Assembly (NCBI GenBank): GCA_026713545.1
Contig: JAPOOG010000032.1
Coordinates: 8,379 to 72,378 of the forward strand
Length of the DNA: 64,000 nucleotides
DNA from: Bryobacterales bacterium
Lineage (GTDB): Bacteria; Acidobacteriota; Terriglobia; Bryobacterales; UBA6623
Direction of reading: 5' to 3'
Position numbers and translations under genes: made by a program. Numbering within the stretch: the first letter of the stretch is position 1; each line of letters starts with the position of its first letter. The notes under the pieces were generated by a model. That model was not told the origin of the DNA. It worked only from the letters and a program-made list of their open reading frames with translations, and ran no database searches. Positions 34,954-44,719 of the stretch are shown here, piece by piece.

Positions 34954-36423
34954 ATGACGCTCCTCGTCCGCTTCCTGCCAACGGCGGTTCTCTCAGCCGT
35001 CTTCGCCCTCCCCTCCGCACAAGCGGACCCGATCCGGATCGGTTCGCGGCTCGAATTGTTCGTCGACGACCATGTCATCGAAAACCTGACCGGCGGCGCG
35101 CGGCTGCGTCTTCACCGGCCGTCTCCTCGTGAGATTGCGATCGTCCTCGATGCTCCCTGGGAGGGCAACAACTCCAACTACGTCACGGTGTTCCGTGACG
35201 GCTCGATCTACCGCATGTACTACCGCGGCCGCCAAATGGACTTGAGCGGTGACAAGCTCAAGTTTGTCCATGGCCAGGTGTACTGCTACGCGGAAAGCAC
35301 TGACGGCATCCACTGGAACAAGCCGAACCTCGGACTCTTCGAGTTCCAGGGCTCGCGAGAAAACAACATCATCTGGAACCGCGAGGGCTCTCACAACTTC
35401 GCGCCGTTCAAAGACGCTAATCCGGACGCTGCCGCAGAGGCCCGTTACAAGGCGCTTGGCGGGATCAAGCGCGAAGGGGGTTTGTACGCCTTTCAGTCAT
35501 CGGACGGCATTCGCTGGTCGAAGATGCGGGAGGAGCCCGTTGTGACCGATGGCTACTTCGACTCGCAAAACCTCGCCTTCTGGGACGCCGAGCGCCGCGA
35601 ATACCGCGAGTACCATCGTGAGTTTCGCGAGGGTCGCGACATCATGACCTCGACCTCCTCCGACTTTCTCGACTGGTCCGAGCCCGTTTTCCTCAAATAC
35701 TCGCCCGGCCGGCTCACCCAACTCTATACGAACCAGGTCGCCCCGTACCATCGCGCACCGCACGTGCTGCTCGGTTTCCCGACCCGTTACATCGCGGGCC
35801 GCGGCCTGCTGACTCCGTTCAACGAAAGGCTCGCGCGGGTCAACAAACGCTATGGCGCCGATTACACCGACGGCGGGTTCATGGCGAGCCGTGACCGGGA
35901 AACATTCAAAGTGTGGGGTGAAGCCTTCATCCGTCCGGGTCTGATCGAAGAAGGCCGTTGGAGCTATGGCGCCAACTATCAGAACTGGGGCCTGATCGAA
36001 ACGAACTCGGCCCTCGAAGGCGCACCGAACGAGCTCTCGATGTACGCCACGGAAGGCGATGGCTGGGAGGGTCCCGGAATCAGCCTGCGGCGCTATACTC
36101 TCCGCATCGACGGGTTCGTTTCTGTCGAGGCCCCGCTGGCAGGCGGCGCGTTGCTCACGAACCCCCTTCTCTTCGATGGCAAGGAGTTGGTGATCAATTT
36201 CTCGACTTCCGCCGCCGGTAGCATCCGGGTCGAGATGCAAGACGGCAAGGGAAGACCCATCGATGGCTTTTCTCTCTCTGACTCGATCGAGATCTACGGT
36301 GACTCCATCGAGCGGCCTGTCGCTTGGAAGCTAGGAACGGATGTCGGTCCCCTCGCCGGCAAAGCCGTTCGCCTGCTCTTCGAGCTGAAAGACGCCGACC
36401 TGTTTTCGTTCCGCTTTCGCTGA
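34954..36423 (+). CDS. Secreted hypothetical protein, possibly a GH32/43-type beta-propeller fold
   Basis: Sec signal 'AVLSAVFALPSAQA'. The coding call is strong (long ORF, GC3 bias). The fold guess rests only on 'YRMYYRG...YCYAESTDGIHW'-type blade-like motifs. Confidence 0.6.
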   Translation: MTLLVRFLPTAVLSAVFALPSAQADPIRIGSRLELFVDDHVIENLTGGARLRLHRPSPREIAIVLDAPWEGNNSNYVTVFRDGSIYRMYYRGRQMDLSGDKLKFVHGQVYCYAESTDGIHWNKPNLGLFEFQGSRENNIIWNREGSHNFAPFKDANPDAAAEARYKALGGIKREGGLYAFQSSDGIRWSKMREEPVVTDGYFDSQNLAFWDAERREYREYHREFREGRDIMTSTSSDFLDWSEPVFLKYSPGRLTQLYTNQVAPYHRAPHVLLGFPTRYIAGRGLLTPFNERLARVNKRYGADYTDGGFMASRDRETFKVWGEAFIRPGLIEEGRWSYGANYQNWGLIETNSALEGAPNELSMYATEGDGWEGPGISLRRYTLRIDGFVSVEAPLAGGALLTNPLLFDGKELVINFSTSAAGSIRVEMQDGKGRPIDGFSLSDSIEIYGDSIERPVAWKLGTDVGPLAGKAVRLLFELKDADLFSFRFR

Positions 36424-36446
36424 AACGCCGGGCCTTGCGGAGCGCT

Positions 36447-37601
36447 TCAGGAGGCCGGTCGATTCGCGCTTCTCGCTTGCAATGTCGCAGCCGCGAAGGT
36501 GAGCAGGTCGCCCGTCGCCTTGGCCGTCTTCTGAAGCTCATCGAACCGCTTGCCCATTTGGCAAAGCTGGACTCGATTCGGACAACTCAGATAAGCAGGG
36601 TCGGCATCCGTGAGGAAATCATCGAAAACCCGAATGGCTTCGTCGAACCTCCCGAGACGCACCAGAAGCTTAACGAGCACCTGACCCGGTGCGCTCCCGA
36701 TGTCGTCGGGGTTGTAACTCGCTATCTTCTCGCGAAAGTAGCGGATTCCCTCGTCCACATCCTCGCCCACGAGGCAACGAAGATACACGCTGTAATCCTG
36801 GTAGAGGTCCTCGAACGGAGGCTCGCCCGGATATTGAAACAGTTCTGAAAGCCGCTTGCCGTACTCCGTGAGTTCGATCAGCAGGCGCAGGCTCTTTTGA
36901 TCATGCAAATCCGGTCCGAACTGAATGCACGAGCCCACATGCGATGTATCGACGTAATAGCTGTTGCCCTCGAAGAGCCAATCCCGTCCCTTCATCAGCT
37001 CGGGAAGAGATCCCGTGTCGGGCGCCTCACCTTCATTACGGGCGATCACCCGCTTCATGTTGTCGATGATCTCCTTGTGAAGCGTCTCGGTCAGCAGCCT
37101 TGCGCTCTCCTCGCGGCCTTCGACACTCGGGTACTGGCCGAAGCAGGTAATGGCGCGGCAGGTGCCGTGGTTTGACAAAATCAGCTCGAAACCCTTCCTG
37201 GGATGAACCCGCTCGTGAAACGCTACCTGGATTACGTCATCCAGATCGTCCGAGGGCGGGACTTCGTCAATCACCTTGCGGATCGTTTCGATGTCTCCAA
37301 CAGCCCGGTAGTAAGGCCAGGCGCGACCGATATCTCCCTTCGCGAGGAACAAGCCGCCCACCTCGCGCGCCGCCGCTATCGACCCCGCGTCGTAGGCTCG
37401 CTGCGTCTCAACGTCCAGGCCGTTGAGAGGTTCGGTGGGAATCAGCGGCAGACCGAGTTCGTGCCGCTTCTTCATCAAGTGCGTCTCGAAGACGAGCGGA
37501 AAGTTCTCTTCGGCGCGATAGCGCTCCAGCAGGAAGTCGAACACTGCCGCGGGCTCTCGCTCGGCAAGAAGCATCTCGAACTGTTGAAAGGGATTGCTCA
37601 C
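36447..37601 (-). CDS. Hypothetical cytoplasmic helical-repeat protein
   Basis: 384-aa ORF with consistent codon bias and no recognisable catalytic motif. TPR-like helical composition. Confidence 0.6.
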   Translation of the reverse strand: MSNPFQQFEMLLAEREPAAVFDFLLERYRAEENFPLVFETHLMKKRHELGLPLIPTEPLNGLDVETQRAYDAGSIAAAREVGGLFLAKGDIGRAWPYYRAVGDIETIRKVIDEVPPSDDLDDVIQVAFHERVHPRKGFELILSNHGTCRAITCFGQYPSVEGREESARLLTETLHKEIIDNMKRVIARNEGEAPDTGSLPELMKGRDWLFEGNSYYVDTSHVGSCIQFGPDLHDQKSLRLLIELTEYGKRLSELFQYPGEPPFEDLYQDYSVYLRCLVGEDVDEGIRYFREKIASYNPDDIGSAPGQVLVKLLVRLGRFDEAIRVFDDFLTDADPAYLSCPNRVQLCQMGKRFDELQKTAKATGDLLTFAAATLQARSANRPAS

Positions 37602-37925
37602 GGGAGGCGTCCCTCATCTTACCGAAGTCACGTCTGGGCAAAACGACTTCTGCATCCGAGAGACTGAGCAGGCGATGCGAATCGGGAGCCCCACGTTGTA
37701 AACTCACTAGTTTTAGCCGACACCGAAGTCTCGACACATGCTCGGTCGTGTCTGGCGGTCGTGCAACAGGCAGGGCCGCGTAAGATATTACGAGCATAAG
37801 CAGTTGCGGACCATGATCAGTCCAGGGAGCCCCCGAAACTCACACTGAAGCTATCCTGTCCCAACGAGCCGGGTCTCCTTGGGAACATCTGAAGCACTGC
37901 AAGGCATATCTCACTGAAACACTTG

Positions 37926-38426
37926 ATGCTGGCTCCACCACGACCAAGGCTCTCATGGAGCCGCCTGCTGGAAGTCTCGCTTTCTGTTGTGGCCGGCGGG
38001 CTGCTTTGGGGCCAACAGCAGCCAATCGAGTTCCCGCACGATAAACACGTGGCCGCCGGTGTCGACTGCATTGACTGCCACAGCGGAGCTGACATACGTT
38101 CCGCGGCGACGATCCCGTCGATCAACAAGTGCATGCTGTGCCACGGGCGGGTCGCCAACGAAGGCCCCGGAGTAAAGCTGCTGCTCGAGTATTGGAACCA
38201 GAAGCGTGAAGTGCCCTGGCAGCGGGTGTACGGCTTCGAACGCGCTGCAAACGTCAGGTTCCGGCATGCCCCGCACATCCGCGCCAAGATCGAGTGCTCC
38301 GCCTGCCACGGCAATGTGGCGGCGATGACGGTCGCTCAAAAGGCGGTCGTGCACACCATGGGAACGTGCGTCCGTTGCCACCGCCAGACGCAGGCGAGTG
38401 ATGATTGCGCCGTGTGTCATTTCTAG
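37926..38426 (+). CDS. actA: Pentaheme c-type cytochrome, Alternative Complex III ActA-like
   Basis: Five CxxCH motifs (CIDCH, CMLCH, CSACH, CVRCH, CAVCH) and an N-terminal membrane/signal segment. Confidence 0.85.
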   Translation: MLAPPRPRLSWSRLLEVSLSVVAGGLLWGQQQPIEFPHDKHVAAGVDCIDCHSGADIRSAATIPSINKCMLCHGRVANEGPGVKLLLEYWNQKREVPWQRVYGFERAANVRFRHAPHIRAKIECSACHGNVAAMTVAQKAVVHTMGTCVRCHRQTQASDDCAVCHF

Positions 38427-38444
38427 AAGCCCGGATCTCAAACC

Positions 38445-40598
38445 ATGGACCGCCGCAATTTCTTCAAACTGGTCGGGACCGCATCGGGTGGAGCGCTCAC
38501 CGGGGCGTGCGGCAAGCAGGCGCAGGAGCTGATCCCCTTGCTGGTGCCCGCAACGGAGATTGTCCCCGGCGCAGAGGAATGGCATCCAAGCGTGTGCAGC
38601 AGTTGCGCAGCCGGTTGCGGAACGATCGTCCGCGTGATGCAGGCCGAGCGCAAGATTGAAGTCGATGGCGAGACCGTCCGCCAGCCGATCGCGGCCATCA
38701 AGAAGATCGAGGGCAACCCGCTCGATCCGGTTTCAGGAGGGCGTCTGTGCGCACGCGGCCAGGCTGCCGTGCAGGGCCTTTACCATCCCGATCGGATGAC
38801 GGGGCCGCGTCGGCAGGCTGGCGCTCGCGGCTCCGGGGATTTCGAACTCGTCGATTGGGAAACCGCTTTGTCGGAAGTGGCGGCTGCGCTCGCGGGCTTC
38901 GATCGCAGGCGGATCGTCTACCTGACGTCGGCCGGGATGGGTACAGGAAGCGCCACCGCCGCGCGTTTCCTGGATTCGATCGGGGCGCCCCCTGCCAGCA
39001 CCATCGGCGTGAGCGACTTCGCCGTTGAGCGGCGCGCGAGTCAACTCGCGTTCGGTTGGGACGGGCTACCGGTTTACGAGATCCAGGATGCGACCTATGC
39101 CCTGAGTATCGGTGCCGACTTTCTGGGTGGCTGGGCTTCGCCCGTCTTCTACAGCCGGCGATTCGGACATATGCGCCGCGGCCGTCCGGGCATTCGAGGC
39201 AAGCTTGTTCACGCCGAGTCCCGCTTTTCACAAACGGCCTGGAGCGCCGACCGCTGGTTGCCCGTCGCTCCAGGCGGTGAACACGCCCTCGCCATGGCGA
39301 TCGGCCACGTTATCGCCAGCGACAACCTGCGTGAAAGCGATCAAGCCGACGAGTCGTTGCGGCAGGCATTCGTGGCTACCGATTTCTCGGGGGCGTGCAA
39401 GGCCTCGGGCCTTGAAGAAATGCGTGTTCGTGACGTAGCCCGTGAGTTGGCAGCCTCCACGTCCCCTCTGGTTTTGGGCGGGGCGAGTATTGTGCGTCCC
39501 GGCTCATCGAGGGCCGTGACCGCCGCGAATGAGCTCAATCTCTTGCTCGGAAACATCGGCGCCAAGGGTGGCGTCATGCCACCCGCCCCCCTGCCAGGCG
39601 GCCTGGCGGCTGAAAGGCCTGCGTACCGACCCTTGGAGGAACAGATCGGCAAGGCTGAAGTCGTGATGATTGACGGCGTCAACCCGCTCTACGCCGCGCC
39701 ATGGCTCGCCGGCTCTCTCGCCAAGGTTAAGTTGGTGATCAGCTTCGCCGACTTCCTTGACGACAGCGCCGCGCATGCGGACTGGATTCTGCCGGATCAC
39801 CACGAGCTTGAAGCTTCCGCGGGTGTCATCCCGCTCATATCACCAACGCCGGCCCTCGCTGGGGCACCGGAGTTCGTGAAGCCGCTCCACGAGACACGCG
39901 CAACCCCTGACGTTCTCGTCGACCTTGCCCGGCGACTCGACGCAGCCATCGAGCCGGTCACCCTCGACAGCGCCTACGCGTCGATCCACGGGCAGGCCGC
40001 TGACGAGGAATCCGCTCCCGCCGACTTCATTGACCAAGCACGGCGGCAGGGAGGATGGTGGGGGCGGGAGCGGCCTGCCGATGCCCCCCGCACACGAACA
40101 GAACCTCTGGGGGATTGGGATCCGCCCGTCTCCGACCCGGCCTATCCCTTCGCCTTTCAGCCCTATCCAACACTGCAGTTCGGCTTTGGTGGGCAGTCGC
40201 ATCTCCCTTGGCTGCAACAGTTGCCTGATCCAGCTTCGAGCGCCGTTTGGAATCTGCCCGTCGAGATTGATCCGGCAACAGCGGAGCAACTCGACGTCAG
40301 AAACGGCGACACACTCAGAGTCATTTCTCCGAGCGGAGAGCTCGAAGCGCCCGTCTACGTCAACCCCACCGCGATTCCCGGTGTCGTGAGCATGCCGATC
40401 GGACAGGGTCACGGAACCTTTGGGCGCTATGCCTCGGGCCAGGGTGCAAACCCGCTATCGATCGTCGATCCCGTCCCGGAGCAAGAGACGGGCGCGCCCG
40501 CGTTCGGCGCTACTCGCGTTCGACTTGAAAAGGGAACGACGAAACAGCGCCTGGTGCAATATGCGGCGGTGGACCGTCAGCCGCGCCCGCATCGCTAG
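38445..40598 (+). CDS. actB1: Molybdopterin-oxidoreductase-like subunit with Tat signal, ActB1-like
   Basis: 'MDRRNFFKLVGTASGGAL', an N-terminal Cys cluster 'CSSCAAGCG...C', and the size and order expected for the ACIII B subunit N-half. Confidence 0.8.
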   Translation: MDRRNFFKLVGTASGGALTGACGKQAQELIPLLVPATEIVPGAEEWHPSVCSSCAAGCGTIVRVMQAERKIEVDGETVRQPIAAIKKIEGNPLDPVSGGRLCARGQAAVQGLYHPDRMTGPRRQAGARGSGDFELVDWETALSEVAAALAGFDRRRIVYLTSAGMGTGSATAARFLDSIGAPPASTIGVSDFAVERRASQLAFGWDGLPVYEIQDATYALSIGADFLGGWASPVFYSRRFGHMRRGRPGIRGKLVHAESRFSQTAWSADRWLPVAPGGEHALAMAIGHVIASDNLRESDQADESLRQAFVATDFSGACKASGLEEMRVRDVARELAASTSPLVLGGASIVRPGSSRAVTAANELNLLLGNIGAKGGVMPPAPLPGGLAAERPAYRPLEEQIGKAEVVMIDGVNPLYAAPWLAGSLAKVKLVISFADFLDDSAAHADWILPDHHELEASAGVIPLISPTPALAGAPEFVKPLHETRATPDVLVDLARRLDAAIEPVTLDSAYASIHGQAADEESAPADFIDQARRQGGWWGRERPADAPRTRTEPLGDWDPPVSDPAYPFAFQPYPTLQFGFGGQSHLPWLQQLPDPASSAVWNLPVEIDPATAEQLDVRNGDTLRVISPSGELEAPVYVNPTAIPGVVSMPIGQGHGTFGRYASGQGANPLSIVDPVPEQETGAPAFGATRVRLEKGTTKQRLVQYAAVDRQPRPHR

Positions 40599-40609
40599 AG
40601 GAGGAGAGA

Positions 40610-41344
40610 GTGTCAGATCAACTGGTCCCGGTCAGCGAGATCCAGAGCGCCGATGACAACGTACCCCGCTGGGGCATGGCGATCGACCTCGATCGCTGCA
40701 CCGGCTGCGAGGCCTGCGTCGTCGCCTGCCATGTCGAGAACAACATCCCTATCGCGACCGAAGATGACGCCGCGATGGGCCGCTCCTCGCACTGGATTCG
40801 CATCGATCGTTATTACGAGGGTACGTTCCCCGACATCAAGGTCAAGTACCGCCCGGTCTTATGCCAGCAGTGCGACGATGCGCCATGCGAACCCGTCTGT
40901 CCGGTATACGCGACGTATCAGAACGCCGAGGGCTTGAACGTACAGGTATATAACCGCTGTGTGGGAACGCGCTATTGCGCCAACAACTGTCCGTATCAGG
41001 TGCGTGTCTTCAACTGGTTCGATCCGGAATGGCCCGAACCTCTCGATCTGCAGTTGAACCCCGACGTTTCGATTCGTCCCGGCGGCGTCATGGAAAAGTG
41101 CACCTTCTGCGTACAGCGAATCCAGCGCGGCAAGCTCGATGCCCAAGCCGAGGGCAGGAAAGTCGAAGACGGCGATATCCAACCCGCTTGCGTTCAGGGA
41201 TGCCCCGCCGAGGCCATGGCCTTTGGCGACTTGACCGACCCCGAGAGCAAAGTCTCTCAGTGGGCCGGAGTTGGGCGCTCGACACAGCTTCTCGGCGAGT
41301 TGGGCACGAAACCGAAAGTCTTCTATTTGGAAAAGTCTGACTGA
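40610..41344 (+). CDS. actB2: 4Fe-4S ferredoxin-type iron-sulfur subunit, ActB2-like
   Basis: 'CTGCEACVVACHVEN', 'CQQCDDAPCEPVCP', 'CVGTRYCANNCPY', 'CTFCVQR...CVQGCP' cluster motifs. Confidence 0.85.
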   Translation: MSDQLVPVSEIQSADDNVPRWGMAIDLDRCTGCEACVVACHVENNIPIATEDDAAMGRSSHWIRIDRYYEGTFPDIKVKYRPVLCQQCDDAPCEPVCPVYATYQNAEGLNVQVYNRCVGTRYCANNCPYQVRVFNWFDPEWPEPLDLQLNPDVSIRPGGVMEKCTFCVQRIQRGKLDAQAEGRKVEDGDIQPACVQGCPAEAMAFGDLTDPESKVSQWAGVGRSTQLLGELGTKPKVFYLEKSD

Positions 41345-41372
41345 TCGGGTCCTCCCCAGTGCAACAGAAGGA

Positions 41373-42692
41373 ATGACTACGCTTGCCAAGGCATTGAACG
41401 GTCCGCACCGTAGAGTGCGCGAAGATGTCCTCCACCCACTCGAAGGCCTCAGTTTCTGGTACTTGGCGTCGGCAGCGTTTTTCAGTGCTCTTGTGGTTGG
41501 GGCGTTGTTCTCCTGGGGCTGTCAAATTTTTTGGGGTATCGGCGTCGCGGGCATTCGTCGGCCCGTATTCTGGGGCCTCTACATCGTCAATTTCGTTTTT
41601 TGGATCGGCATCTCACACGCCGGTACCTTGATCTCCGCAATTCTTCGCCTTACGGACGCCGGATGGCGCAAGCCCGTGACCCGCGCCGCCGAAGCGATCA
41701 CCGTGTTCGCGCTCATGATCGGCGGCATGTTCCCCTTGATTCACTTGGGGCGTGTCTGGCTTTTTTATTGGCTGATCCCGTACCCGAATGATCGATTGTT
41801 GTGGCCCAATTTCCGATCGCCGCTGGTCTGGGACATGACCGCCATCTTCACCTACATCACAGGCAGCGTCCTGTATCTCTATCTGCCTCTCATCCCTGAC
41901 CTCGCGGAAATGGCCTCTCGCAGCCAGGGCTGGAAGAGCAGGGTTTACCGGCTCCTGTCGATCGGTTGGACCGGCAGCGACCGCCAGTGGCACGCCCTGG
42001 AGCGCGCAATGAAACTGATGGCCGCCATGATTCTCGCGGTCGCAGTGTCGGTTCATTCCGTAGTGTCATACGATTTCTCGATGTCCATTGCACCGATGTG
42101 GCACAGCACCATCTTTGCTCCCTACTTCGTAGCGGGAGCGATCTTCAGCGGCATCGCCGCGCTCATCCTGGTGATGTTCGCTCTGCGGAAGTTCCTGAAC
42201 TTGGGCCGCTACCTCCGCCCTCTGCACTTCCACAATCTGTCGAAGCTTCTGTTGCTGATGTGCCTCGTCTGGCTCTACTTCTCGGCTTCAGAGCACCTGA
42301 CCGTCTGGTACGGCAACGAGCACATCGAGATGGCCGTTTTCAACGCCCGTGTCTATGGCGAATACGCGCCTTACTTCTGGTTGATGGTGGCCTGTAACTT
42401 CCTGATTCCCTTCATATTGCTGGGCATTCGCCGGCTACGGACTCTCGGCGCCATCGCTGTTTCCGCCGTGGCGGTGTTGATCGGGATGTGGCTGGAGCGT
42501 TTTCTGATCGTCATCCCGACGTTGAGCTATTCGGCCCTGCCGGCCGCATGGGGGCCTTACGAAGCGAGTTGGGTGGAGCTGTCGATCACGGCCGGCACCT
42601 TTGCGGCAATGGCTCTGTTCTACATGATCTTCGTGAAGATCTTTCCGATCATCGCCATCTGGGAATACGACGAAGATGTATCTGCGAGCTGA
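41373..42692 (+). CDS. actC: NrfD/PsrC-like polytopic quinol-interacting membrane subunit, ActC-like
   Basis: About 10 hydrophobic segments. 'WGIGVAGIRRPVFWGLYIVNFVFWIGISHAGTLISA' is typical of the NrfD family. Confidence 0.85.
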   Translation: MTTLAKALNGPHRRVREDVLHPLEGLSFWYLASAAFFSALVVGALFSWGCQIFWGIGVAGIRRPVFWGLYIVNFVFWIGISHAGTLISAILRLTDAGWRKPVTRAAEAITVFALMIGGMFPLIHLGRVWLFYWLIPYPNDRLLWPNFRSPLVWDMTAIFTYITGSVLYLYLPLIPDLAEMASRSQGWKSRVYRLLSIGWTGSDRQWHALERAMKLMAAMILAVAVSVHSVVSYDFSMSIAPMWHSTIFAPYFVAGAIFSGIAALILVMFALRKFLNLGRYLRPLHFHNLSKLLLLMCLVWLYFSASEHLTVWYGNEHIEMAVFNARVYGEYAPYFWLMVACNFLIPFILLGIRRLRTLGAIAVSAVAVLIGMWLERFLIVIPTLSYSALPAAWGPYEASWVELSITAGTFAAMALFYMIFVKIFPIIAIWEYDEDVSAS

Positions 42693-43179
42693 ATTCTCCG
42701 ACGTCGAAGCGACCGCTGCCGCCGTTCAAATGATGTCCGGCACCGGCGTGGACAAGCGTGACATCGAGGTCTTCTCGGCGCGCCCGGTCGCATTCGAGCG
42801 CGGCATTCTCGACAGGTCCAGCCGCATGTCATTGTTGGCAGTCGTTTCCGCCATTGTCGTTGGAAGCGGCTCTACCGCCCTGATGTTCTACACGCAACTC
42901 GACTACCCGCTCGTCACCGGAGGCATGCCCCTCAATTCCGGCTGGGCTACAGGCGTGATTACTTTCGAACTTACGATGTTGGGCGCCATCCTCGGCACCG
43001 TCGGGGTCTTCCTTTGGGAATCGGGACTTCTTCGTAAAAACCGTTCCCCTGCCCCCGCGATTCGCGACGACGTGCTCACGCTGCAAGTCCGTTGCGACCC
43101 GGAAAGGGCCGAGCGACTCGTCCGGCTGCTCGCCGACTCGGGCGCCATCCAAAGCACGCGTGTCGAGGATGCCTCATGA
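42676..43179 (+). CDS. actD: DUF3341 / ActD-like membrane subunit
   Basis: Position after actC, two central TM helices, 167 aa. Overlaps both neighbours. Confidence 0.7.
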   Translation: MYLRAEFSDVEATAAAVQMMSGTGVDKRDIEVFSARPVAFERGILDRSSRMSLLAVVSAIVVGSGSTALMFYTQLDYPLVTGGMPLNSGWATGVITFELTMLGAILGTVGVFLWESGLLRKNRSPAPAIRDDVLTLQVRCDPERAERLVRLLADSGAIQSTRVEDAS

Positions 43180-43526
43180 CGGCGCGCCTGCTGCTCGCGC
43201 TAGCGGCGATCACGATCTCCCTTGCCTCGTCCGCCACCGAACGTAAGCCTCCGCCTTGGGAGAAGCCCCTTGCCAAAGGCCGAGACCTCTATCGCGAAAA
43301 CTGCATCGTCTGCCACGATATCGACAAAGCCGAAACCAGGAAGATCGGGCCCTCGCTGTTCCGCCTCTTTCAGAACGAGAAGCTGCCGTTCTCCGGAGGC
43401 ACGCCCAGCGAAGAATACGTGAACTTCAAAATCCAATTAGGCGGCGACGTCATGCCCGCCTTCACGGGCAGACTAACTCCGCAGCAGATCGACCTGATCG
43501 TCGACTACATCAAGTCGGCCAAGTAA
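43176..43526 (+). CDS. actE: Monoheme c-type cytochrome, ActE-like
   Basis: Signal 'MTARLLLALAAITISLASSA', a single 'CIVCHD' heme motif, and a distal 'GDVMPAF' Met ligand region. Confidence 0.8.
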   Translation: MTARLLLALAAITISLASSATERKPPPWEKPLAKGRDLYRENCIVCHDIDKAETRKIGPSLFRLFQNEKLPFSGGTPSEEYVNFKIQLGGDVMPAFTGRLTPQQIDLIVDYIKSAK

Positions 43527-43598
43527 CCACGAACTCTCGCTATTCACGGCAGGCCGCAGACCGCCCGCTCGTTCAACGCCAAGCGCCACGGAGGCTAA

Positions 43599-44495
43599 CT
43601 ACGTTTTGCGGATGTCTCTGTGAGAGACCTTCACTTCGCATCCAGCGCCCGTGAGGTTGCGGCCGACCGCATCCGCGATCATCACCGAGCGATGCCGGCC
43701 CCCCGTGCAACCGAATGCAATCGTCAGGTAGCTCTTGCCCTCACGCACGTAATGGGGGACGAGATACAGCAGCAGGTCGGAAATCCGGCCGATGAACTCC
43801 CCGGTCTGCGGAAACGACCGTACGTACCGAATGACCTTCGGATGCTTGCCGGAAAGATTCTTGCAACCCGGCACATAGTGCGGGTTCGGCAGGAACCGAA
43901 CATCGAAAACCAAGTCGCTGTCGCTTGGCAAGCCGTGTTTGAAACCGAAGCTGTTCACCGTGACGAGCAGTTGCGGTCTGTCTTGAGCGCTCTGGAATCG
44001 CGTTACGATCAGACGCCTCAGATCGTGAATGTTGAACTGCGACGTATCGAGAATCAGATCCGCAAGCTTTTGAATGGATCGTAGCGCCTGCCTCTCCGCC
44101 CGGATGCTGTTGAGGACGGACGTACCCGTGCCCAGCGGGTGTGGTCGACGTGTCTCACTGAAGCGCCTTTGTAGAACGTCGTCCGCGGCTTCAAGAAACA
44201 GCAGAAACACACGATTCTGCCTCCTCAGTTCCTGAAAGATTCCGGGAAACTTCTTGAGGGCCCGGCCTTCACGAATATCGACCACCAGAGCGGCCCGGGA
44301 GATTTCCGGAGAGTGTCTACAGAGCTCGGCGAAGGTCGGGATCAAGTCAATCGGCAGATTGTCGACGGCATAGAAACCCATATCCTCAAAGACCTTCAGC
44401 ACAGAGACTTTGCCCGAGCCGCTAAGTCCGGTCAGGATGACGAGTTCGTATGCCCCGCCCGGCGCTTCCCCCGCGCTGCTTGTCTCAGCCGTCAT
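43599..44495 (-). CDS. rapZ: RNase adapter protein RapZ (P-loop NTPase, YhbJ family)
   Basis: Walker A 'GLSGSGKVSVLKVFEDMGFYAVDNLP' and C-terminal 'IAFGCTGGRHRSV'. Confidence 0.9.
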   Translation of the reverse strand: MTAETSSAGEAPGGAYELVILTGLSGSGKVSVLKVFEDMGFYAVDNLPIDLIPTFAELCRHSPEISRAALVVDIREGRALKKFPGIFQELRRQNRVFLLFLEAADDVLQRRFSETRRPHPLGTGTSVLNSIRAERQALRSIQKLADLILDTSQFNIHDLRRLIVTRFQSAQDRPQLLVTVNSFGFKHGLPSDSDLVFDVRFLPNPHYVPGCKNLSGKHPKVIRYVRSFPQTGEFIGRISDLLLYLVPHYVREGKSYLTIAFGCTGGRHRSVMIADAVGRNLTGAGCEVKVSHRDIRKT

Positions 44496-44666
44496 TTCTC
44501 ACCCACCTGACGGCAGAAGCACGCGATACGACGTTCATGACTTCGTTGCGCACGCTTACTGTGCTCAATGTTAAGGGCAAGTACACCTGCGCGTGCCAAG
44601 CCGCTCGCGCCACGTCCTGACGGCCCTTTCAGGCACCTCACCTCCCCACGTGATGAGAAAGGTCGG
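44489..44666. repeat. Degenerate copy C of the 177-bp TIR element, between hpf and rapZ, overlapping the rapZ start codon
   Basis: 'CCGTCATTTCTCACCCACCTGACGGC...GCCAAGCCGCTCGCGCCACGTCCTGACGGCCCTTTCAGGCACCTCACCTCCCCACGTGATGAGAAAGGTCGG' aligns along its length with copy D. The CAT (ATG of rapZ) at 44493-44495 lies in the left terminus. Confidence 0.7.
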
Positions 44667-44719
44667 CTAGCCGGCTCCGTCTTGCGACGATAAGCGCTCA
44701 TAATGGCTGCGAAGAGTGC

